DNA of 64,000 nucleotides from positions 143,457-207,456 of the forward strand of contig JAFGEO010000118.1 of the NCBI GenBank assembly GCA_016931575.1. Direction: 5' to 3'. Every line of letters starts with the position of its first letter. Within the stretch, counting starts at the first letter, position 1. Positions 18,009 to 25,603 of this stretch are shown here, piece by piece. The translations under genes were made by a program, and so were the position numbers. Source of the DNA: Bacteroidales bacterium. GTDB lineage: Bacteria; Bacteroidota; Bacteroidia; Bacteroidales; UBA10428. The notes under the pieces were generated by a model. The model was not told the origin of the DNA and ran no database searches. It saw only the letters and a list, made by a program, of their open reading frames with translations.

Positions 18009-19538
18009 TTATCCTGAGATTTGCTTTGCTATCCTGAGCCCGTCAGCAGCGGAGCTGATGATGCCTCCGGACCAGCCACTTGCTTCACCGGCAAGGAACA
18101 GGTTTTCATAAGTACTGAAGAGCTTATCGGGATGCCGAAGCACCTGAACGGGAGAGGAGGTCTTGCTCTCCAGCCCAAGTATAATGCCTGTTTCGTAAGC
18201 CTTTAATTTTTTACAAAACTGTTTCAGACCTGATTGCAGCGGGGATATCACCGGGGCCGGGAGCAGATCTCGAAAGTCTGCATCAGCCAGGCCTAAGGGA
18301 TAGCTGGATTCGGGAAGATTTTTTGCGGCCTTATTTTCGAGAAATGCCTGTATGGTAGTTGCCGGGGCGGTATAGTTGCTGTACAGGTCGAAGTAGGAAG
18401 CCTCAAGCTTTTCAAGCCAGAACAGAGCCTCTTCAGCCGATACTTCCTTTCCCAGCATCTTTTCAAGATTAATCCCTGCCACAATTGCGGCATTTGCCCA
18501 TTTGCTGTCACGCTTATAGTAGCTCATTCCGTTTACAACACTGGTATGCGGGTAGGCCGTCGCCGGAACCACTTTGCCCCCGGGGCACATGCAGAAGGAA
18601 TAAACAGGCGTGTTGTCCGGGGTGCTTGACGTTAGCCGGTATTCAGCAGCTTTGACATTCGGAAGTTTTGCACAGCCCCACTGTGCCCTGTTAATTACTT
18701 CCTGGAGATGTTCAGCCCTGAAGCCAATGGCAAAATTCTTAGGGCGGAATGCTACTCCCTTTCTGATCAACATGCGATAGGTATCATAGGAAGAATGCCC
18801 GGTGGCCAGAATGAAATAATCGGCCTCAATTCTGCCCGTGGGGGTGTCACAACTTTCAATGCTGCCTGAACTGACCTCTACCTCGGTGAGTTGGTGATCA
18901 AAAAGAATCTGACAGCCCAGTTCAAGAAGTTCCTTCCGCAGGTTTTGTGTGATCCGGTATAAATTATCGGTACCGAGATGCGGATGGGTCATGTAGTGAA
19001 TTTCTTCAGGCGCTCCATGCCGGATGAGTTCACTGAATATGAAGTTCCTCTCAGGGGAGATCGATTTGGTCCGCGAGGTCAGCTTTCCGTCCGAAAAGGT
19101 TCCTGCCCCGCCTTCACCGAATGCGTAGTTGTTTGCCCGATCCAGGTTGCCGGTTTTTTCAAAATTCCTCACCGATTCCAGTCTTTTTTCCACTCTGCTG
19201 CCTCGTTCGAGCAGGCTTACCCGGAATCCGCTTTTTAATAGAAAGAGCGCAGCAAAAATGCCTGCCGGTCCGGTTCCTGCAATGACAACTTGCTTGTCCC
19301 GCGGCCTGAATTCCGGAACCAGGGTTTCAGCTTGCGGTTTTACGCCTGATTTAAGCTCACTGGATTGAAAACCAATGCGATATTGCCAGTATATATTGCT
19401 TTTATTCCTGGCATCCAGGCTTTTACGAAGGATTTGAAAACTGAAATCACGGAGACCGGATTTCTTCCGCAGATAGTGTTCCAAATCCGGCTCGGGAAGG
19501 GAGACAGGAACTTTCAGTTCTATTTCTTTGTAGCCCAT
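18009..19538 (-). CDS. FAD-dependent oxidoreductase (NAD(FAD)-utilising dehydrogenase family)
   Basis: Dinucleotide-binding VVIAGTGPAGIFAALFLLKSG...LLERG. C-terminal GEASGWSGGIISSAADG. 509 aa. Confidence 0.7.
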   Translation of the reverse strand: MGYKEIELKVPVSLPEPDLEHYLRKKSGLRDFSFQILRKSLDARNKSNIYWQYRIGFQSSELKSGVKPQAETLVPEFRPRDKQVVIAGTGPAGIFAALFLLKSGFRVSLLERGSRVEKRLESVRNFEKTGNLDRANNYAFGEGGAGTFSDGKLTSRTKSISPERNFIFSELIRHGAPEEIHYMTHPHLGTDNLYRITQNLRKELLELGCQILFDHQLTEVEVSSGSIESCDTPTGRIEADYFILATGHSSYDTYRMLIRKGVAFRPKNFAIGFRAEHLQEVINRAQWGCAKLPNVKAAEYRLTSSTPDNTPVYSFCMCPGGKVVPATAYPHTSVVNGMSYYKRDSKWANAAIVAGINLEKMLGKEVSAEEALFWLEKLEASYFDLYSNYTAPATTIQAFLENKAAKNLPESSYPLGLADADFRDLLPAPVISPLQSGLKQFCKKLKAYETGIILGLESKTSSPVQVLRHPDKLFSTYENLFLAGEASGWSGGIISSAADGLRIAKQISG

Positions 19539-19546
19539 AAGGTTGG

Positions 19547-21478
19547 CTATTGAACTTTGGTTTGTTTCAGGGGCAGATGAATGAAAAAACTTGTGCCTTT
19601 GGTCAGTGTGCTTTCAGCACGAATGTCTCCTCCCATGGAATCGAGGAAGGTCTTGCAGATCATTAATCCCAGTCCGGATCCCCTCTCTCCGAGTGTTCCA
19701 GCAGAGTGGACTATATCCTGGGAATCGAAGAGACGTTCAAGATTTTTTCTGTCCATCCCGACACCATTATCAGTAATTGAGATGATTACTTCATCAGCTT
19801 GTTTTTCGGCAGCAATAATCACTTTGCTCTTTGGGTGTGAGAACTTAATGGCATTTCCCATGATATTTCTAAGTACGGAAAGGATCATATTCTGATCCGC
19901 TTCAATGGTAATTTCAGGCACGTTGTTGATCATATCGATAGACTTGGCACTTGCCTGGTGTTGTGTATGGCGGATGGACTGGTCAACAACCTCATTCAGA
20001 TTGATCTCAATAAATGAAGGTTCGATTTTCTCCTTGTTGCATTTAGCCCAGGTAAGCAGGTTCTCAAGGAGATCGTAGGTAGAATCAGCTACAGGATAAA
20101 AGCTTTCCAACAGCTCCCGCACATCTTCTACATCATTCATGCATTCAAGGATAGTGGCTGCCGCACTCTTTAGTGTGCCAACCGATCCACGAAGGTCATG
20201 GCCAATAATGGAAAGTAGTTTTTCTTTTGAATCGTTGGCCAGCCGCAGCTGTCGTGTCAGATCACGATACATACGTTGCCGGCGGTATACCTGGATAAAG
20301 ATAATAGCCAGGCTGATGAACAGCAGGATACTTACCGATAAGAGTATCAGGTTAAGTTTTTGCTTCTTTTTATAGAGCTTGTTTTTCTCTTCTTTTTCAT
20401 TGGAAAGAGCATAGTAAAGGTCTTTTTCCTTTTTAAGGAGTTTGAACTGTTCCCGCTGTTCTTTCAACAGGTGCTTGGTTTCCAGGTTCAGGATCAGGGA
20501 TTGTTTGCCCCGTTCATAGAGGGTGTCCCGTGTAATATTATAGAGTTTGGCATACTCAAAGGCTTTTTTGTAGTTGCCTTCTCTTTCATAAATCTGGAAA
20601 AGTGTATTGTAATTTTCAAATTCAAGGTCGTAAGCACCATTTTCCTTGGCTGTTTTAAGCGACTTAAAGGCGAATTCCTTTGCATCAGACAACATGTTGA
20701 ATTTCAGGTATGTAACAGCAATGAATTGTTCGTCTAGTGCCATCAGCATCTTTTCATCTGCGATTACATCGTATGCGTATGCTTCCAGGTGATAGGCGAG
20801 TGCAGAATCGTATTCACCCAGTTCAAGGAAAACATTACCGATATTCGTCAGCGAGTAGGGGTCGGCCATACCAGTATGGCGGATCTCATAATTGTTGGTG
20901 AATCTAAGGTAATAGAGGGCTGAGTCGTATTGTTGTAAATCGGTAAAGGCCCTTCCGACATTGTGCAGGTCAACAATAATACCGCTGGAGTCCCCGACTT
21001 CTGATGAATATTTCAGCGATTGTTTATTGTGGTAGAGTGTTTCCTCATAGTTATCCATGCCGGCATGGATGGTAGCAATCCGGTTATGACAAAAACCTTT
21101 TAGTTTGGGATCAGGCTCGGCAATTTTGATGGCCTGATAGGCAAGTTCCAGCGAAACATCGTACTCGCCGATGGTGCTGTAAAAATCGCATTGACTCAGC
21201 ATGCTCCTGACAATTCCGCTTTTGTCATTATTTATTCTGGCCAGGGAGTCAGCTTTCACAGCATACTGCATGGCATCTCCGGGTTTGACAGTGCTGAGCA
21301 ATGCACTGAGTTTCAGAAATGTTTTCATCCTGACCCTATCATCATCCGTAGAGCTTATGATCGCATTAAGACTATCCAGCTCTACCTTCCAGGGCTGGGC
21401 TATTACTGCAAAGTTCAGGCTTAGAAAAATAAGGCTTATTGATAGGTGTCGGTACATGCACTGAGATTTCACCTGCAA
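19547..21478 (-). CDS. TPR-repeat sensor histidine kinase
   Basis: N-terminal signal/anchor, TPR-like repeats and a single TM (LILLSVSILLFISLAIIFIQV). H-box SIIGHDLRGS, N-box NAIKFS, G-boxes DNGVGM and GSGLGL. It lies 8 nt upstream of the FAD gene on the same strand. Confidence 0.85.
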   Translation of the reverse strand: MQVKSQCMYRHLSISLIFLSLNFAVIAQPWKVELDSLNAIISSTDDDRVRMKTFLKLSALLSTVKPGDAMQYAVKADSLARINNDKSGIVRSMLSQCDFYSTIGEYDVSLELAYQAIKIAEPDPKLKGFCHNRIATIHAGMDNYEETLYHNKQSLKYSSEVGDSSGIIVDLHNVGRAFTDLQQYDSALYYLRFTNNYEIRHTGMADPYSLTNIGNVFLELGEYDSALAYHLEAYAYDVIADEKMLMALDEQFIAVTYLKFNMLSDAKEFAFKSLKTAKENGAYDLEFENYNTLFQIYEREGNYKKAFEYAKLYNITRDTLYERGKQSLILNLETKHLLKEQREQFKLLKKEKDLYYALSNEKEEKNKLYKKKQKLNLILLSVSILLFISLAIIFIQVYRRQRMYRDLTRQLRLANDSKEKLLSIIGHDLRGSVGTLKSAAATILECMNDVEDVRELLESFYPVADSTYDLLENLLTWAKCNKEKIEPSFIEINLNEVVDQSIRHTQHQASAKSIDMINNVPEITIEADQNMILSVLRNIMGNAIKFSHPKSKVIIAAEKQADEVIISITDNGVGMDRKNLERLFDSQDIVHSAGTLGERGSGLGLMICKTFLDSMGGDIRAESTLTKGTSFFIHLPLKQTKVQ

Positions 21479-21540
21479 ATAAACAAAGATTTCTGTAAAT
21501 GTTCAAGGGAATGCTGCTATGAATGAATTGTAGCATTATT

Positions 21541-21576
21541 ATCAACGTAGTTAACTACGTATTAAACTACGTTGAT
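21541..21576. repeat. palindrome cluster with three AACTACGT half-sites
   Basis: atcaacgtagtt aactacgt atta aactacgttgat. The outer 12-nt arms are perfect reverse complements, and acgtagttaactacgt is itself a perfect 16-nt palindrome. It sits between the dnaE2 stop and the kinase start. Confidence 0.6.
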
Positions 21577-21693
21577 CTTACAGCCTTTTAAAGTCATCGT
21601 CTAACATCCAACAAACCCGGGATCCGATAAGCCTCACCCAGATTACCTCAAAAACCGGATTGTCTGACCAAATGTCAACCTGGTGAGCTAAAA

Positions 21694-24660
21694 TTAATAC
21701 CTTGGATCCTTCCGCAATGGCAGCTTAGCCATTTTCTGTACCTCAATGCCCGGAAAACCAAACTCTTCAACAACTTTCCCAAGGATCAGGTAGATGCCCG
21801 GACCCCTGTATGGATATTTTTTCAGGGTATCCGGGAAGTTTACCACATCGAAAAATTCACCTTCTACATCGAGAAAACAACCGAAATGCATCCATTCCTT
21901 TTTAACTGTGCGCACGTTTTTGATGGTTACCAGGTTTCCGATAATGCGTATGGTTTTCCCGATGCTTTCCGGCAGGTGCCGTGAATATATGCAACCCCTG
22001 AATCGGGTTTCAAGCATATCAAACTGGGACATGGTAACCGGGAATCCGATGAGCTCCATTTCATCGTAGGCATCTTCAATGCTTTCCTGTTCCAGGGGCG
22101 GAAGGGAAAATTTGCGGGGCTTTTCGAAAAACAGGTTCCGGGAAGATGCGTTTGGCTTGCTCTTTCCCAGTAGCATATGCGCTTCCCAGAGGAGTTCCTT
22201 TTTTGTCTTTCCAGTAAAGCGCAAGGCATTCAGCCGGATGAGAATGACAATCTGTTCGTTGCCGATGGGTATGCGGCTGATAAAATCGGGGAGATCAAGG
22301 TATTCCCCCCTGGCCTCACGTTCATCGATGATATGATGGGCCAGCCTGGTTTCCAGTCCCTGGACATGAACAAAGCCAATGTATATGTCGCTTTCGTAAA
22401 TGGTGGTCAGGTACTCGCTTCGGTTAACGCAGGGCAGATTGATGGCCGCTCCGCTGCGCCTGGCTTCATTAAAGTAAACCCAGGTATGGTAGAATCCGCC
22501 AAAATTATTGATTACGGCTACCATGAACTCCCGGGGAAAGTAGGTCTTCAGGAAAAGACTCTGGTAGCTTTCTACGGCATAGGAAGCAGAGTGCGCTTTT
22601 GAAAAGGCATAGCCTGCAAAAGATTCGATCTGGCGCCAAACCTCCTGTGTGAGTTCGACACTATAGCCCCGGGTAGCACAATTATCGAAGAACTTACCCT
22701 GGATTTCACCGAATTCCTTACGGGAGCGAAACTTTCCGGCCATGGCACGGCGCAGGATGTCTGCATCGGAAAGGTCGAGGCCGGCAAAATGGTGACAGAT
22801 TTTAATGACATCTTCCTGGTAGACCATCACACCATAGGTTTCCTCCAGCTGTTCTTTCATGATCGGATGCAGGTAGCTGAAATTGTCAGGATGATGGTAA
22901 CGGTGGATGTATTCCTTCATCATGCCTGATTTGGCAACACCCGGCCGTATGATGGAGCTGGCAGCTACCAGGGTCAGGTAGTTGTCACAATGGAGTTTTT
23001 TAAGCAGGCCACGCATCGCAGGACTTTCAATGTAGAAGCAGCCTGTGGCTTCCCCGTTATACAGGCGGTGGTTTACAAGCTCATCGCGTTTGAATTCCGC
23101 GACATTGTGAACGTCGATCTTTTTCTTTTTATTTCGTAGGACCAGGTCTACACAGTCGTTGATATGTCCGATTCCCCGCTGGCTCAGAATATCGAGTTTC
23201 TCATACCGGAGGTTTTCGGCTACATACATATCCCACTGGGTTGTTGGCAGCCCTTTTGGGGGCAGGTCGAGGGCTGTATAACAGGTAATGGGATCTTCTG
23301 AGATCAGGATGCCTCCGGCATGTACGCTGCGGATGTTGGGAAAATTCACTACCTGGCTGCCCATCTGGAACAGCTCCTGTGTTATTTGATTCTGGGAGCT
23401 TTCATCGTCCGGATGGCGCACCAGCCGGTCGATCTCCTCCTTGGGAAGGCCCCGGACCTTGCCGAGCTCCCGGAGGATCGACCTGTCCTTGAAGGTAGTG
23501 ATGGTGCCCAGCAGGGCAGTATGCTCACGCCCATAGCGTTTGAAAATGTAATCCTGCACCTCGTCACGGTCGCGCCAGGAGTAGTCAATGTCGAAATCCG
23601 GCGGACTGGTACGTTTGGGATTAATGAAACGCTCGAAATAGAGGTTGAGCTCGATGGGATCAACGTCCGTGATCTTCAGGCAGTAGGCTACGATGCTGTT
23701 GGCGCCACTGCCCCGTCCGACATGGTAAAACCCGCGGCTCATGGTATAGCGGATAATGTCCCAGGTGATCAGGAAGTAAGAGGAAAACCCCAGCTTGTCG
23801 ATTACCTGTAACTCGTGCTGGATGCGCCGTTTAGCCTCTGCATTGCTCTTTCCGTAGCGATAGGCCATGCCGTCATAGGCCAGCTTTTCAAGCAGTAGCT
23901 TGTCATCGTAGCGGCTACCGGAGAAGACCTTTTTGTTTTTAACCGACTTGAAATCAAAATCGATGCCGCACATGCGGGTGAGGCGCTCCGTATTTTTTAA
24001 CAGAAAGGGGTAGTCTTCATAGGCTATGTGCAGCAGGTCCGGCGCCAGGAGCTGTTCGCCCTGTAAAGCGACATCTTCGGGTTTTAACTTGGTAAGGAGG
24101 GTGTTCAGGTCCACAGCCCGCAGGTACCGGTGCAGCTTGTAGTCTCCGTTCCCTGCCAGGGTTACGGGATGAAAGGCCACCAGCTTATGCTTCAGCTCCC
24201 GGAGGGGCGAGGATACCAGTCTTCGCACTTCCTCCGGACGGACACCCACATACTCCTGTTCCTTTAATCGCCTGGGAGGCTTCCCGGAAAAGGGATAGAT
24301 GGTCAGCACCTGTTGAAAAACAGGGGGACAGGGAGGGAGAGGGGTCTTGTTCAGGTTGTGCCAGGTAAGAAAATCGTTGATCTCTTTAAAACCTGTATTG
24401 TCCCTGGCAATGAGGGTGTAGAGCAAACGATGCCCCTGGTCCCTGAACTCGACCCCTCCGATGGGGTGTATGCCATGCCTCCTGCATTCAGCCACGAAAT
24501 CAACCATGCCAGTTGTGTTGTTGATGTCTGTGAGCGCAAGCACACCGATCCCCAGCCGGTTGGCTTCCTCAACCAATCGCGAAGGGGACATTGTCCCGTA
24601 GCGGAGACTGTAATATGTGTGGCAATTTAAGTACAAGGCAAAAGCATTAGGCAAAAGCAT
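21694..24660 (-). CDS. dnaE2: error-prone DNA polymerase, DnaE2/ImuC type (Pol III alpha paralogue)
   Basis: PHP domain (LNCHTYYSLRYGTMSPSRLVEEA...LALTDINN), catalytic PPDFDIDYS and the FSKAHSASYA finger region. At 988 aa it is too short for replicative DnaE. The start is uncertain: ATG 24660 lies inside a repeat, and TTG 24636 would give MYLNCH. Confidence 0.85.
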   Translation of the reverse strand: MLLPNAFALYLNCHTYYSLRYGTMSPSRLVEEANRLGIGVLALTDINNTTGMVDFVAECRRHGIHPIGGVEFRDQGHRLLYTLIARDNTGFKEINDFLTWHNLNKTPLPPCPPVFQQVLTIYPFSGKPPRRLKEQEYVGVRPEEVRRLVSSPLRELKHKLVAFHPVTLAGNGDYKLHRYLRAVDLNTLLTKLKPEDVALQGEQLLAPDLLHIAYEDYPFLLKNTERLTRMCGIDFDFKSVKNKKVFSGSRYDDKLLLEKLAYDGMAYRYGKSNAEAKRRIQHELQVIDKLGFSSYFLITWDIIRYTMSRGFYHVGRGSGANSIVAYCLKITDVDPIELNLYFERFINPKRTSPPDFDIDYSWRDRDEVQDYIFKRYGREHTALLGTITTFKDRSILRELGKVRGLPKEEIDRLVRHPDDESSQNQITQELFQMGSQVVNFPNIRSVHAGGILISEDPITCYTALDLPPKGLPTTQWDMYVAENLRYEKLDILSQRGIGHINDCVDLVLRNKKKKIDVHNVAEFKRDELVNHRLYNGEATGCFYIESPAMRGLLKKLHCDNYLTLVAASSIIRPGVAKSGMMKEYIHRYHHPDNFSYLHPIMKEQLEETYGVMVYQEDVIKICHHFAGLDLSDADILRRAMAGKFRSRKEFGEIQGKFFDNCATRGYSVELTQEVWRQIESFAGYAFSKAHSASYAVESYQSLFLKTYFPREFMVAVINNFGGFYHTWVYFNEARRSGAAINLPCVNRSEYLTTIYESDIYIGFVHVQGLETRLAHHIIDEREARGEYLDLPDFISRIPIGNEQIVILIRLNALRFTGKTKKELLWEAHMLLGKSKPNASSRNLFFEKPRKFSLPPLEQESIEDAYDEMELIGFPVTMSQFDMLETRFRGCIYSRHLPESIGKTIRIIGNLVTIKNVRTVKKEWMHFGCFLDVEGEFFDVVNFPDTLKKYPYRGPGIYLILGKVVEEFGFPGIEVQKMAKLPLRKDPRY

Positions 24661-24698
24661 TAGGCAAAAGCATTAGGCAAAAGGTAAATGGCAAAAGC
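24637..24698. repeat. 13-nt tandem repeat (ggcaaaagcatta) x3 perfect copies plus 2 degenerate copies
   Basis: Perfect copies at 24637-24649, 24650-24662 and 24663-24675. Degenerate copies at 24676-24689 and 24690-24698. Each perfect copy carries an ATG on the dnaE2 coding strand. Confidence 0.9.
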
Positions 24699-25026
24699 TC
24701 AATGAAGAAACAGCCTGCATTTATCCGGCACCATGCCTGTAAAAAGGATTCCACCCTTCCATACTAACTACCACAAAAAATTTTAACTGAACAGCTTTAA
24801 ACTGCAACTTGTAATCAGGTAGTAAATACGCAATGCACCGTAAATCACATATTGACAGCTTCTTCGCCTGACAGCATAGGAGTTCGAAGAGAAATTTCAA
24901 CAACACCCTGCCCTGCGGATTAATAATAGCATCGCGTCTCTATCGAAAATCCTTGTCACTTATGATCGGTCAGTAAAGCGTAATGCATAGCGTCTTTTCC
25001 GAACAACAATAATCACTTAAAACTGA

Positions 25027-25200
25027 TCATCCAAAGGGTTCCGGGTTCTGTGTGATTAACAGCCCTTTGTAGCTACCCCGGCTCAGCAGGGTGTGGATAC
25101 GGTTCACGAGCTTTTCGTAGCTCAGTTTCTGGAATTCTGAAGGGATGTCGAACTTAGTCCACCCCTTGTCCTGCCTGGAAATGTATACCTGTGTTTTCAT
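25027..25200 (-). CDS. 57-aa hypothetical protein, first gene behind the palindromic boxes upstream of dnaE2
   Basis: Hand translation: MKTQVYISRQDKGWTKFDIPSEFQKLSYEKLVNRIHTLLSRGSYKGLLITQNPEPFG, stop TGA at 25029-25027. It is below the 60-aa track cutoff. Its G+C resembles dnaE2 rather than the AT-rich flank. Confidence 0.45.
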   Translation of the reverse strand: MKTQVYISRQDKGWTKFDIPSEFQKLSYEKLVNRIHTLLSRGSYKGLLITQNPEPFG

Positions 25201-25207
25201 AGTTATA

Positions 25208-25246
25208 TGATTATAATATAATCAAATCAGAGATTATAATATAAGA
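25208..25246 (-). promoter_or_regulatory. two palindromic boxes (candidate SOS/LexA-like operator)
   Basis: tgattata-a-tataatca (25208-25224) is a perfect 8+1+8 palindrome. agattataatataaga (25231-25246) is identical to 42081-42096. Both lie 8-46 nt upstream of ATG 25200. Confidence 0.5.
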
Positions 25247-25521
25247 AATATTTTTATAAAGTGTATGTTTTTTTTATTTTTATTACATCCGCCAGGCATG
25301 ATGTCCTTGAGTTAACTTGCTTTATACCTCTTCGTTTTATCCTTATCTGTTAGCGTATTGCTCAGGGACATAATTCTATTTCGTACAATTCTTGACTTTG
25401 CATAATTCTGCTAAAATCACCATCCGGGTTTTTATGTCCACCCCAAAACTTTGTTTTAATGGCAGCTGGTTAATTGAAATCAATCTAAATAAGCTCTAAA
25501 TAATCCATTTTTAATTGGAAT

Positions 25522-25576
25522 CGTGTGCGTACACGGAGCAATTTACTATATTTGCATCCTTCCGTGTACGCACACG
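25522..25576 (+). promoter_or_regulatory. perfect 16-nt inverted repeat bracketing the lacI-family promoter (candidate operators)
   Basis: cgtgtgcgtacacgga (25522-25537) and tccgtgtacgcacacg (25561-25576) are exact reverse complements separated by 23 nt. Each arm has internal cgtgt...acacg symmetry. Confidence 0.6.
25547..25554 (+). promoter_or_regulatory. Bacteroidota-type -7 promoter box (TAnnTTTG)
   Basis: tatatttg lies in the spacer of the inverted repeat, 50 nt upstream of ATG 25604. Confidence 0.45.
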
Positions 25577-25603
25577 GAGAACTGCATAAAGTGTACTTTC
25601 TTT

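Noticed and set aside
24637-24698. Whether the tandem repeat is a CRISPR array.
   Set aside because: The units are 13-14 nt and directly abutting with no spacers. No cas genes are in the window.
24721-24906. 61-aa ORF in the gap between the 57-aa ORF and dnaE2, considered as a possible ImuA/ImuB remnant.
   Set aside because: The translation (MLLKFLFELLCCQAKK...) is AT-biased and Cys/Leu-rich, with no recognisable polymerase or RecA-like motif. It is treated as non-coding.
25523-25603. N-terminal extensions of track ORFs: LacI 25523, radical SAM 52375, MMPL 53771, NUDIX 56347, barrel protein 17316, uxaC 34682, kdsA 5261 and the 61167 ORF.
   Set aside because: The extensions begin at non-ATG codons or run through predicted -7 boxes, operators or the neighbouring gene. 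They add residues that do not match the usual family N-termini, so downstream ATGs were preferred.
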